A DNA stretch of 64,000 nt from an uncultured Verrucomicrobiae bacterium (lineage in GTDB: Bacteria > Verrucomicrobiota > Verrucomicrobiia > Chthoniobacterales > Chthoniobacteraceae). How positions within the stretch are numbered: position 1 is the stretch's first letter; every line of letters starts with the position of its first letter. The stretch is taken from positions 128,001 to 192,000 of the forward strand of contig CAVYKI010000003.1 in assembly GCA_963769025.1 (NCBI GenBank), in the 5' to 3' direction. Below the pieces are notes generated by a model. That model was not told where the DNA came from and searched no databases. It worked only from the letters and a program-made list of their open reading frames with translations. The translations under genes and the position numbers were made by a program. Of the stretch, positions 1 to 13,702 are shown in pieces.

Positions 1-4509
<4,509 letters not shown>

Positions 4510-4528
4510 TCGCGCCAACGCCAACATT

Positions 4529-4568
4529 CAGCAAAAGGGCTGCCGCAACCCGGCAGCCCTTTTTGCTG
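4529..4568. terminator. Bidirectional Rho-independent terminator between rpoC and the convergent gspE-like gene
   Basis: AAAAGGGCTGCCG-caacc-CGGCAGCCCTTTTT; perfect stem with an A-tract on one side and a T-tract on the other. Confidence 0.9.
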
Positions 4569-4593
4569 CCCGCACCCCGCCCTTCCCTGAGGT

Positions 4594-5904
4594 TCAGGGA
4601 TCGGGATGAGGCTTCGCGGGCGCCGGATCGCGGGCGAAGAAGCCCATGCCGCCGACCGCCTGGAATTCCGCGATGCTGGTGATGCCGTCGGCGGCCTTTT
4701 GGAGATCGTCTTCGAGGAGTGAAAGCGCACCGAGCCTGCGCAGGTGGCGGCGCAGCGTGTGTTCGTCCGAATGCGCGAGAATGAGGTCGGCGTCCGCCTC
4801 GCGCAGACGGTGAATTTCGAAGATGCCAGTGCGTCCGCGATAGCCGCTCTCGCCGCACGCGGGGCAACCCACCGCGTGCCACGTCTGCTCCGGGACCTCG
4901 CTCCCGCAGAGCCGCAGCCATCGTGCTTCGTCGGGCGTGGGCGGCTCGAGCCGCCGACACGCGGCGCAAAGCCGCCGCACGAGACGCTGGGCCACGAGGA
5001 GATCGACGCTCGCGGCGATCTCGTGATCGGCGAGGCCGAAGTGCCGCAGCACCGAGATCGTGCCGGCGGCGTCGCGGGCGTGCAGGGTGCTGAGAAACAC
5101 GTGGCCGCTGTCCGAGGCATCCAGCGCGGCGCGGGCGGAGGGTGCGTCGCGCATTTCGCCGAGCACGATGACGTCCGGGTCGAGCCGGAGCAGGCCTTTC
5201 ACGCCCTCGGCATACGAGAGACCCTGCCGATCGTTGACTTGAAGCTGCGTCACGCCATCGAGCACGTACTCCACGGGGTCTTCAATGCTCACGATCGAGC
5301 GGCCGACGCGCGCGAGTTCGCGCACGAGAGCGTAAAGCGTGGTCGTCTTTCCCGAACCGGTCGGGCCGCTGACGAGGATCATCCCGCGCACGTCGTGCAG
5401 CGCGCGGGTGAGTGTCCCAAAGTCAACCGTGCTGAGGCCGAGCTGATCCAGCGGCGGCCGGGTGAGGGCGTGCGGGAGCAGGCGCAGCGCGAGTTTTTCA
5501 CCGCGGACGCCGGGGCCGGTGGCGACCCGGACGGACACCTTGCCGCCCGCAACCGTCAGCGCCGCGCGACCATCCTGCGGGCGCAGCTCGAATGCCGGAT
5601 CGAGGTCGGCGTGGGCCTTGAAGTAACGCACCAGATGCAGCCCGGCATCCGGCGGGAGCTGCAGGGTGTCCACGAGCGCGCCATCGACGCGGAAGCGCAC
5701 TTCGTAACCGTCAACGAGGGGATCAAGGTGGATGTCGGAAGCATTTTCGCGCACGGCATCTTCGAGCAGCGCCGCGGCGAGCGCGCCCATGCGCTCGCCG
5801 AGATCCTCCGCGGGCGGCTGCGCGAGCGCTTCGGCGAACCGCCGGGCGCGCGCCGGCTGGCGAGGTCGGCGCGCACCATCGGCATTGGAGGGGGGCGTGA
5901 TCAT
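4594..5904 (-). CDS. GspE/PulE/PilB family secretion ATPase, short N-terminus
   Basis: ASDIHLDP, RFRVDG, PQDGR, Walker A GPTGSGKTT, SIEDPVE, LRLDPDVIVLGEMRD, GHVFLSTLH, Zn-binding CAAC...CPAC, GYRGRTGIFE. Confidence 0.92.
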   Translation of the reverse strand: MITPPSNADGARRPRQPARARRFAEALAQPPAEDLGERMGALAAALLEDAVRENASDIHLDPLVDGYEVRFRVDGALVDTLQLPPDAGLHLVRYFKAHADLDPAFELRPQDGRAALTVAGGKVSVRVATGPGVRGEKLALRLLPHALTRPPLDQLGLSTVDFGTLTRALHDVRGMILVSGPTGSGKTTTLYALVRELARVGRSIVSIEDPVEYVLDGVTQLQVNDRQGLSYAEGVKGLLRLDPDVIVLGEMRDAPSARAALDASDSGHVFLSTLHARDAAGTISVLRHFGLADHEIAASVDLLVAQRLVRRLCAACRRLEPPTPDEARWLRLCGSEVPEQTWHAVGCPACGESGYRGRTGIFEIHRLREADADLILAHSDEHTLRRHLRRLGALSLLEDDLQKAADGITSIAEFQAVGGMGFFARDPAPAKPHPDP

Positions 5905-5913
5905 GGGAGCCGT

Positions 5914-6870
5914 TCACGTTGCTTTTGGCAGCGTCACGACCAACATGCCCTCCTTTTTTTCGACCTTCATCTTCTCGCTCTGCACCGGGCCGGGCAGCGT
6001 GAGCATCTGCGAATACGCCGCCTTGCGCGTGCTGTGCAAGGTCCCGGCCTTGTCTTCCTTCTTCGTGGTCTCCTGCTCCTTCGCCTCGATCCTCAGCGTC
6101 CGATCCTCGACGGTGACGTTGATTTCCTTCATGTCCCGGTCCGGCAGCCAGGCGCGCACCACGTAATGATCGCCTTCGTCCTTGAGGTCAAACGACGAGC
6201 CGAACCGTGGCTCGTCGAAGAAGCCCTTGTGCTCGGGCAATCCGCGGAACTCACGAAACGCGTCATCGAACGCGCGATCCATGTCGCGGCGCATCGCGTC
6301 CATGCGCGCGAAGACATCCGCCTCCCACGCCGAGAGCGGCGGAAACAGCGAGGGATCCGGGAGCGTGAGCGAAGGCGCCTTTCCGGCAATGCCAGACGCC
6401 TTTGGCACGGTAACGACGATCATGCTGTCCGCCTCCCGGCGCTCGACCTTCGGCTCCGCTTTCGAGGCGACATGAGCGAGCGCGAGCGTTTGCTCGTAAC
6501 GGGCAGCCTTTTCCTCCGCCGGCGCGACGATGCGCAATGTGTCGCCTTCCAGTTTGATCTCCACCTTCGCCAAGTCGCGGCCGGGCAAATTCAGCCGCAC
6601 CGTGTAGCGATCCCGATCTTCACGCAGATCGACAGATGCCGACGCGACGGACTTCTCCTTGCTCGCGCTCCGCATGCGCTTCCACGTGTCGCGGAATTTC
6701 TCCGACATCTTGTCCTGCCACTTTTCCATCTTCTCCAGGAACCCTTTCTGGTCCGCCTTCGCTTCCTCCGCAGCGGCCATCGGCAGCGGCCAGAACGTCA
6801 TGAGACACGTGCCCAACGCCAGCCCTGCAGTCAGCAGTCCGGCGCATTGTTTGATAGCTGGATTTTTCAT
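5914..6870 (-). CDS. Hsp20/alpha-crystallin protein with two tandem ACDs and an N-terminal signal-peptide-like segment
   Basis: Two ACD-like units (VDLREDRDRYTVRLNLPG...MIVVTVPK; FDLKDEGDHYVVRAWLP...GMLVVTLPK); hydrophobic N-terminus ending in AAA; AGGAG upstream. Confidence 0.8.
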   Translation of the reverse strand: MKNPAIKQCAGLLTAGLALGTCLMTFWPLPMAAAEEAKADQKGFLEKMEKWQDKMSEKFRDTWKRMRSASKEKSVASASVDLREDRDRYTVRLNLPGRDLAKVEIKLEGDTLRIVAPAEEKAARYEQTLALAHVASKAEPKVERREADSMIVVTVPKASGIAGKAPSLTLPDPSLFPPLSAWEADVFARMDAMRRDMDRAFDDAFREFRGLPEHKGFFDEPRFGSSFDLKDEGDHYVVRAWLPDRDMKEINVTVEDRTLRIEAKEQETTKKEDKAGTLHSTRKAAYSQMLTLPGPVQSEKMKVEKKEGMLVVTLPKAT

Positions 6871-6998
6871 TGCTGGTTTCTCCTTTCGGTTCGTTTGGGG
6901 TTTTTGAAATGGACGGGACCGGCGGTGTTTCCGCCGGCCCCAGTGCGTTTGCCGGGCAGAGGCCGCCTCGGCGGCACCGCCCGCGACGCGGGCCGGCG

Positions 6999-7451
6999 TT
7001 ACGCCGCCTTCACCTCGATCTGCTTCGGCCGGGAAGCTTCGCTCTTGGCCACGCGGACCCTGAGCATGCCGTCCTTGAACTCCGCGTTCACCTTCGCCGC
7101 ATCGCCATCATTCGGCAGCGTGAAGGAGCGCGCGAAAGTGCCATAGCTGCGCTCGACGCGATGATACTTCTTGTTCTTCTCCTCCTTCTCGAACTTCCGT
7201 TCGCCCGTGATGGTCAGCATCCCGTTCTCCAGGGTGACCTTCACGTCCTCCTTCTTCACCTCCGGCAATTCCGCGGTGATGAGGTATTCCTTGTCGTCCT
7301 CGGCGACATCCACCAGTGGTGACCATTCCGCCATGGACATCGCTTCCTGGCCATTGCCGTTGCCGCGCGCGGCCGGCTTGAATGCACTCAAAATGCGGTT
7401 CTGGAAGTCCTCCAGTTCCCGCAACGGGTTCCAACGAGTCAGTGTGTTCAT
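6999..7451 (-). CDS. Hsp20/alpha-crystallin small heat-shock protein
   Basis: MNTLTRWNPLRELE, WSPLVDVAE, ELPEVKKEDVKV, ERSYGTFARSFTLP, AEFKDGML, C-terminal IEV motif. Confidence 0.95.
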   Translation of the reverse strand: MNTLTRWNPLRELEDFQNRILSAFKPAARGNGNGQEAMSMAEWSPLVDVAEDDKEYLITAELPEVKKEDVKVTLENGMLTITGERKFEKEEKNKKYHRVERSYGTFARSFTLPNDGDAAKVNAEFKDGMLRVRVAKSEASRPKQIEVKAA

Positions 7452-7590
7452 AGGTTTGATTTTGGTGTCGGCGAATGAGTGGTGATTGCCCAATCGGCCC
7501 GGCCATCCGCCGTTCGCGACCAGTCCGAATGGAAGGCGCGTTTCTGGACCCGCTCACGAGAGCCAGGCCCGGCGCCCGGTTCCTTAAAAA

Positions 7591-7605
7591 TCAAAATGCG
7601 TACCA
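7591..7605 (-). promoter_or_regulatory. Possible sigma-54 -24/-12 element upstream of the hsp20 operon
   Basis: Minus strand TGGTACG-CATT-TTGA against consensus TGGCACG-N4-TTGC (two mismatches, one in the -12 GC). Confidence 0.3.
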
Positions 7606-7838
7606 GCAATTTCAGGCACGCTTTCCCTGAGATACACGCGTTCGCACGGTTCCAAATGTGCAAGGATGGCACACCGATTTCCGCCCGGTGTTTAAAATTG
7701 GCACACCGAGCACGCGCAAAACGTATTCCCCATCCCACTCCGCACCCCGCACAATTCCAAGCTCGGCACGGCAATCTTGGCGTGGGTTCCGGCATGAAAA
7801 TGATTCGTCTCCCCGCGCCGCGCACGTAGCTTCCCCGC

Positions 7839-8381
7839 ATGTCCATCGCGACCAAGACCGGCGACGGCGGCACGACCGCCCTGATGTTTAACCGACGCAT
7901 TTCCAAGACGGACATCCGCGTAGCGACGTATGGCGCGTGCGACGAACTGAACGTCGCCATCGGCATGGCGCGGGCTTGGAACGAGGATCCGTTCATCACG
8001 CAGCCGCTGGAGGAAATCCAAAAGGAACTCGTGACGCTGATGGGCGAACTCGCGGTCGCCGAGGAGGACCGCGCGCGCTACGTGGAAAAGGGCTACAAGC
8101 TCGTGGAGCCCGCGATGGCGGAGCGGCTCACGGCGCTGGTGGATGATTTGGAAAGGAACCACAAGATCAGCTACAAGCACTGGGCCACGCCGGGCGCGAC
8201 GAAGGGCAGCGCGATGCTCGACGGGATGCGCGTCGCCTGCCGCCGCGCCGAACGCGCCGTGTGCACGATGCGCGAGGCGGGCTTCCCCGTGAGCGATGCG
8301 ATCGTCCATTATCTCAACCGCCTCTCGGACCTCGCGTGGCTCTATGCGCGCTTCGTGGAGACGAAGGCCGGGGTCGCGTGA
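7839..8381 (+). CDS. ATP:cob(I)alamin adenosyltransferase, PduO type
   Basis: SIATKTGDGGTT, YGACDELN, RVACRRAER, YLNRLSD. Confidence 0.93.
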   Translation: MSIATKTGDGGTTALMFNRRISKTDIRVATYGACDELNVAIGMARAWNEDPFITQPLEEIQKELVTLMGELAVAEEDRARYVEKGYKLVEPAMAERLTALVDDLERNHKISYKHWATPGATKGSAMLDGMRVACRRAERAVCTMREAGFPVSDAIVHYLNRLSDLAWLYARFVETKAGVA

Positions 8382-8404
8382 GCACGGGAGCATCGAGCAA
8401 TATG

Positions 8405-8488
8405 AACGCAGAGACGCAGAGACGCGGAGGAGCAGGAAAAGCCACCGAAGTGCCGCTCGGATTCTCCGCGTCTCTGCGTCTCTGCGTT
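8405..8488. repeat. Perfect 25-bp inverted repeat (REP-like intergenic palindrome)
   Basis: AACGCAGAGACGCAGAGACGCGGAG (8405-8429) and its exact reverse complement (8464-8488), 34-nt spacer. Confidence 0.9.
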
Positions 8489-8560
8489 TAAAAAAATGAC
8501 TGACCGGAAAACCGAGACGCCAAGAGATTCTTCCCCGCCCCGTATTCCATTTTGCCAGAC

Positions 8561-11557
8561 ATGAAACTCCCCACATTCCTGCTCTGCCTCCTCGCCGCAG
8601 CGCGCATGCATGCCGCGGACGCGCCGGATTTCACGCGCGAGGTGCGGCCGATCCTCTCGCAGCACTGCTTCAAATGCCACGGTCCGGATGACAAGACGCG
8701 CAAGGGCGGCCTGCGGCTCGATGTGCGCGACTCGGCGCTCAAGGAGGCGAAGTCCGGCGGCATCGCACTCGTGCCGGGCAAGGCGGACGAGAGCGAACTC
8801 GTCGCGCGCATTTTCACGAGCGACGAGGATGAGCTGATGCCGCCGCCTTCCGCAAAGCGCCCGCTCACGGCGGCGCAAAAGGAGATCCTTCGCCGCTGGG
8901 TCGCCGCGGGCGCGGAGTATCAGGAGCACTGGGCTTTCGTGCGCCCAAACCCGGTCGAACCTCCCGCAGTGAAACGCGCCGACTGGCCGCGCAATGCGAT
9001 CGACCGCTTCATCCTCGCGCGCCTCGAAGCCGCCGGCCTCGCGCCTTCGCCCGATGGCGATCCCGCGACGCTGTGCCGCCGCCTTTACCTCGACCTCACC
9101 GGCCTCCCGCCGACTCGCGCGGAGCAGGATGCCTTCACGCAGGCCGCGAAAAAGGATCTGCAATCCGCGATCGAAATGCTCGCCGACAAACTCCTCGCTT
9201 CGCCCCGCTACGGCGAACGCTGGGCGCGGCGCTGGCTCGATCTTGCGCGCTACGCCGACACCAACGGCTACGAAAAGGATCGCCCGCGCAGCATCTGGCC
9301 GTATCGCGATTGGGTCATCAGCGCGCTCAACGCCGACAAGCCGTTCGACGAGTTCACCGTCGAACAAATCGCCGGCGACATGCTGCCCGGCGCGACGCTC
9401 GACCAGCGCATCGCCACCGGCTTTCACCGCAACACGATGCTGAACGAGGAAGGCGGCATCGATCCGAACGAGTTCCGCTTTCACGCCGTGACCGACCGCG
9501 TCGCCACGACGGGCGCGACGTGGCTCGGCCTGACGCTGGGCTGCGCGCAGTGTCACACGCACAAGTTCGACCCGCTCACGCACCGCGAGTATTTCCAGCT
9601 CATGGCGTTCCTGAACAACGCCGACGAACCCGACGTGGACATCCCGCCGCCGGACGCCGAAGAGCAGCGGAAAAAGAACGCGGCGCTCGCGGAGAAGCTC
9701 CTCGCGGAGCTGCCGGAGAAATGGGCAACGAAGCCCGCGCCGAAGCCCGACGCCGAGCCGGTGCAGAAGCCGACGCTCGACGAAAAATTTGCCGAATGGC
9801 TCGCACAAGAACGCGCACGCACGGTGCGGTGGAAACCGCTGCGGCCTGCGTCGGCGAAGTCGAATCTCCCACTGCTCGCCATCGAGGGCGACGCCTCCAT
9901 TTTCGCCAGCGGCGACATCTCGAAAGCCGACACTTACGAGTTGCACTTCCGCGACGTGCCGGCGGGCGTCACTGCCGTGCAGCTCGAAGCGCTGCCCGAC
10001 CTTCGACTGCCAGCGCACGGACCGGGCATGGCATTTTACGAGGGACCGAAGGGCGACTTTTTCATCGGCGAGTTCCAGCTCTCCGCAGACGGGCGGCCGG
10101 TGAAATTCGCGGGCGTGACCGAGAGCTACTCGAAGAACAACTTCGGGAAAAATCCGGCGAATGCCGCCCTCATGCTCGACGGCGATCCGCAGACTGGATG
10201 GAGCACCGCGGGCAGGATGGGCGAGCGGCACACGGCGGTATTCACGCTCCCTTCCCCCGCCCCAGCCGCGCGCGACTGGACGCTGAAGCTCGTGATGGGC
10301 CGCCACTACGCATGCAGCATCGGGCGGTTCCGCATCTCGGTGACCACCGATGCCGCGCCGGCCGCCGCGCGCGATCTGCCGGAGGATGCCGATGCGCTGC
10401 TCCTCCTCCCCGATGCAAAACTCACAGCAACGCAACGCACGCGACTCCGAGAGGAGTTCCTGATGTCGCTCCCGGCACTCAAGGATGAAGCCGCTCGCAT
10501 CCGCTCGCTGCGCAAACCGCCGCAGCCGCCCATCACACTCGGCTTCCGCGAGCGCCCGCCGGAAAATCCGCGTCCCACATTCATCCATAGCCGCGGCGAA
10601 TATCTCCAGCCCACAGACCCGGTGACGCCGGGCGTGCCCTCGTTCCTCCCGCCGCTGCCGGCTGGCGCAACCCGCGACCGGCTCACGTTCGCACGCTGGC
10701 TCGTGTCGCCGGAAAATCCGCTGACCGCGCGGGTGACCGTGAACCGCCAGTGGGCCGCGTTTTTCGGCCAGGGGCTCGTGAAGACGACGGAGGATTTCGG
10801 ATACCAGGGCGAAGCGCCGACACATCCCGAACTGCTCGACTGGCTCGCAGTGGAATTTGTGAAACAGGGCTGGTCGCTGAAAAGGCTGCACCGCCTCATC
10901 GTCACGAGCGCGACCTACCGGCAGTCATCGCAGGTGACACCGGCGCTGCTCGCGGCAGACCCCGAGGACCGGATGCTCTCGCGCTTCCCGCGCGTGCGGC
11001 TCGATGCGGAAATCATCCGCGACGCGGCGCTCACCGCGAGCGGGCTGCTCACCGACAAGGTCGGCGGCCCGAGCGTGTATCCGCCGCAGCCGGATGGCGT
11101 GACCGAAGCGGCATACGGTGGAGGGAAATGGACTGCGAGCACAGGCGCCGACCGGTACCGCCGCAGCCTCTACACATTCAGCAAACGCACCGCGCCATTC
11201 GCGCTCTATAACACGTTCGACGCCCCGACGGGCGAGGCGTGCATCGCGCGGCGCGACGTGTCGAACACCCCGCTCCAGGCGCTCTCGCTGCTGAACGACA
11301 TCGTCTTCACCGAGGCTGCTCAGGCATTGGGAAAAATACTCGCCGGACAAAAGGCGGGCGACAGCGAGCGTCTGGACGAGGCGTTTCGACGCATCGTCTG
11401 CCGTAATCCCTCGCCGGAGGAACGCACAACACTGCTCCGCTTCCTGGAGATGCAGCGCGAGCGGCTCGCAAGCGCGAAGCCCTCCGCCGAGACCGCCGCG
11501 TGGACCGCACTGGTGCGCGCGCTCCTCAGCCTCGATGAAGTCGTGACGAAGGGCTGA
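8561..11557 (+). CDS. Planctomycete cytochrome c / DUF1549 / DUF1553 (PSD1) protein
   Basis: Signal peptide, CFKCHGPD...GGLRLD, LMPP, HWAF, RRLYLDLTGLPP, YGERWARRWLDLARYAD, CAQCHTHKFDP, PTHPELLDWLA, NTPLQAL. Confidence 0.92.
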   Translation: MKLPTFLLCLLAAARMHAADAPDFTREVRPILSQHCFKCHGPDDKTRKGGLRLDVRDSALKEAKSGGIALVPGKADESELVARIFTSDEDELMPPPSAKRPLTAAQKEILRRWVAAGAEYQEHWAFVRPNPVEPPAVKRADWPRNAIDRFILARLEAAGLAPSPDGDPATLCRRLYLDLTGLPPTRAEQDAFTQAAKKDLQSAIEMLADKLLASPRYGERWARRWLDLARYADTNGYEKDRPRSIWPYRDWVISALNADKPFDEFTVEQIAGDMLPGATLDQRIATGFHRNTMLNEEGGIDPNEFRFHAVTDRVATTGATWLGLTLGCAQCHTHKFDPLTHREYFQLMAFLNNADEPDVDIPPPDAEEQRKKNAALAEKLLAELPEKWATKPAPKPDAEPVQKPTLDEKFAEWLAQERARTVRWKPLRPASAKSNLPLLAIEGDASIFASGDISKADTYELHFRDVPAGVTAVQLEALPDLRLPAHGPGMAFYEGPKGDFFIGEFQLSADGRPVKFAGVTESYSKNNFGKNPANAALMLDGDPQTGWSTAGRMGERHTAVFTLPSPAPAARDWTLKLVMGRHYACSIGRFRISVTTDAAPAAARDLPEDADALLLLPDAKLTATQRTRLREEFLMSLPALKDEAARIRSLRKPPQPPITLGFRERPPENPRPTFIHSRGEYLQPTDPVTPGVPSFLPPLPAGATRDRLTFARWLVSPENPLTARVTVNRQWAAFFGQGLVKTTEDFGYQGEAPTHPELLDWLAVEFVKQGWSLKRLHRLIVTSATYRQSSQVTPALLAADPEDRMLSRFPRVRLDAEIIRDAALTASGLLTDKVGGPSVYPPQPDGVTEAAYGGGKWTASTGADRYRRSLYTFSKRTAPFALYNTFDAPTGEACIARRDVSNTPLQALSLLNDIVFTEAAQALGKILAGQKAGDSERLDEAFRRIVCRNPSPEERTTLLRFLEMQRERLASAKPSAETAAWTALVRALLSLDEVVTKG

Positions 11558-11565
11558 GCGCCGCG

Positions 11566-12657
11566 CTAATCGCCGAACGAGATGCCGATCGCGCGGCAGG
11601 TCGCGACGATCTGGGAATCGGGCTGCACGAGCTTCTGCCGGCGCACTGCGCTCGCAATCGGAACGCTGAGCACCTGGCTGTTTTGGTAGCTCACCATCTG
11701 CCCGAATTTTTCCCCGACGATGAGGTCCACCGCCTTCACGCCGAAGCTCGTGCCGAGGATGCGATCCAGCGTCGTGGGATCGCCGCCGCGCTGAAGGTGG
11801 CCGAGCACACAGGTGCGGATTTCCTTCAGGAGCCGCGGGCGGTTCATGCGGTGATCGAGTTCATGCGCGACGCTCTCGCCGATGCCTCCCAGCCGGAACT
11901 GCCCGGGCTGGGTCGCGCGGTAATGTTCGCGTCCGCCCGTCGGCCGCGCGCCTTCCGCGACCACGATGATGGTGCTCGTATGACCGGCCCTCTCTCTCGC
12001 GCGCAACGCGTCCACGAGCCTGTCGTAGGTGAATGGGATCTCCGGAAGCAGGATGACATCCGCGCCGCCTGCGAGTCCGCCGTGCAGTGCGATCCAGCCG
12101 GCGTGCCGGCCCATGACTTCGATGATGATGACGCGCTTATGCGCCCGCGCGGTCGTGTGGAGCCGGTCGAGGGCATCCGTCACGCAGGCCACGGCGCTGT
12201 CGAAGCCGAAGGACGACTCGGTCGCCTCAAGGTCGTTGTCGATCGTCTTGGGCACGCCGATGACATTGATGCCCGCCTCGAAAAGCTGCTGCGAAGTAGC
12301 CAGCGAACCGTCGCCACCGATCGTCACGAGCGCGCTGATGCCCAACTTTGCGAGCGTCTCCTTCGTGCGCGCGATGATGTGCGGTTCGAGCCGCGCGCGT
12401 CCGCCCGGGCCGGACTTGCGCACGAAATGTCCGCGGTTCGTCGTGCCGAGAATCGTGCCGCCGCGCTGCATGATGCCCTCGGTGTTTTGCAGCGTCAGCT
12501 CCATGTGGCTGTCGTCGGCGAGCAAACCTTCATAGCCGTCGCGCAAGCCGATCACTTTCCAGTCCAGTTTCGCGGCCGTGCAGACGATGCCGCGCAGGAC
12601 CGCGTTGAGCCCGGGGCAATCTCCGCCGCTGGTGAGGACGCCGATGGTCCTGTTCAT
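11566..12657 (-). CDS. pfkA: 6-phosphofructokinase (PfkA family)
   Basis: IGVLTSGGDCPGLNAV, GGTILGT, IGGDGS, PKTIDND, EVMGRHAGWIA, LGHLQRGG. Confidence 0.93.
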   Translation of the reverse strand: MNRTIGVLTSGGDCPGLNAVLRGIVCTAAKLDWKVIGLRDGYEGLLADDSHMELTLQNTEGIMQRGGTILGTTNRGHFVRKSGPGGRARLEPHIIARTKETLAKLGISALVTIGGDGSLATSQQLFEAGINVIGVPKTIDNDLEATESSFGFDSAVACVTDALDRLHTTARAHKRVIIIEVMGRHAGWIALHGGLAGGADVILLPEIPFTYDRLVDALRARERAGHTSTIIVVAEGARPTGGREHYRATQPGQFRLGGIGESVAHELDHRMNRPRLLKEIRTCVLGHLQRGGDPTTLDRILGTSFGVKAVDLIVGEKFGQMVSYQNSQVLSVPIASAVRRQKLVQPDSQIVATCRAIGISFGD

Positions 12658-13643
12658 CGCGAAGCCGTCGGCCTCCAGCCCTTCATCGGGCGGCCCGCCT
12701 GCGCCCACTGGTCGAGCAGCGCCCAGCCGCGAGAGAGGAGCGATTTTGCAACCGCAAATCGCGACGGCGCGCCGAGCACCACGATCGTGAGCCGGCGCGG
12801 AACAATGATGTGCTGCTCGCCGACCTGCTTGCTGTCCGGGGGCTTGGCCGCGGAGACCACGACGCACGCACCGGCCTTGCGCGTCGTGCCGGTCTTTACG
12901 CCGTCCACACCATCGATGCCGAGCAGCTCGTTCGTGTTCTTGAGCAGGAATGCGGGCGACTCTCCGCCCGCGGTCTTCCACGAGATCTTGCGATCCTTTT
13001 GCGAGGTATAAAACGCAAACCCGGTCTGGTTCACGGCGTAGTTCGCAAGCAGCGCGACGTCGCCCGCGGTGGAATACGGCAGCTTCCTTTCGAGGTCATC
13101 GAGACCGTGCGGGTTCAGGAATCGCGTGTTGCGCATGCCGAGTTTGCGCGCGAGGGCATTCATCTGCGCCACAAAAAAATCGGAAGCCTCCCGATCGGTG
13201 CGCCCTTGGCCGATCTGCCGGCCGACGTGAACGGCGAGCGTCTCCGCCGCCTCGTTGTCGCTCTGCAGGAGCGCTGCATACAGCGCATCGCGCAGGCTGA
13301 TGGTGTCCCCCGGTCGGAGGCCGATGCTGTTCGGGCTGTTCAATGCGGTGACCGTCTCCGGTACCGTCGCCAACTGGCTCATGTCCTGACCCTGCGCCTT
13401 TGCCCAATCGAGCACCACCATCGCAGTCGCGACTTTCGTGATGCTGCCGATCTGCACCTCGCGTTTTGCATTGTGCGAGTCGAGGACGAAGCCCGTGGTG
13501 GAGTCGGCGATGACCCAGGCGGAGGCCGAGAGATTCCCCTCTTCCTCCGGTGCGCCGCTGCGAATCTGCGCGTGCGCGGGAGCTGGCGCCGCAAGGGCCG
13601 CGATGAAGGCGAAAAGTCCGAGGATGGTGTACAGGCGTTTCAT
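12654..13643 (-). CDS. D-alanyl-D-alanine carboxypeptidase (peptidase S11)
   Basis: Signal peptide; SxxK (SITK), SxN (SDN), FLNPHGL, KTG triad. Confidence 0.88.
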   Translation of the reverse strand: MKRLYTILGLFAFIAALAAPAPAHAQIRSGAPEEEGNLSASAWVIADSTTGFVLDSHNAKREVQIGSITKVATAMVVLDWAKAQGQDMSQLATVPETVTALNSPNSIGLRPGDTISLRDALYAALLQSDNEAAETLAVHVGRQIGQGRTDREASDFFVAQMNALARKLGMRNTRFLNPHGLDDLERKLPYSTAGDVALLANYAVNQTGFAFYTSQKDRKISWKTAGGESPAFLLKNTNELLGIDGVDGVKTGTTRKAGACVVVSAAKPPDSKQVGEQHIIVPRRLTIVVLGAPSRFAVAKSLLSRGWALLDQWAQAGRPMKGWRPTASR

Positions 13644-13702
13644 TGGCTGAAAAATGTCCGCCACAATACCGGTGCGTGAAGGCGAGGCAAGGGCTGGCGC
13701 GC

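Noticed and set aside
6915..6941. Hairpin between the two hsp20 genes as a terminator
   Set aside because: GC stem present but no adjacent U-tract on the coding strand; at most a stability element
4744..7146. Long + strand ORF (800 aa) and similar long antisense ORFs (e.g. 8342-10891, 13643-16126, 34211-36667)
   Set aside because: Shadow ORFs opposite well-supported genes, expected in high-GC DNA; no recognisable motifs
7698..7725. CIRCE (HrcA) operator upstream of hsp20
   Set aside because: TTGGCACAC resembles a left arm, but no matching right arm follows at 9-nt spacing
7839..8381. Functional link between PduO and the GlcG-domain protein at 40.6 kb (these domains are fused in enteric PduO)
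   Set aside because: 32 kb apart and the GlcG protein is exported; no evidence of a connection
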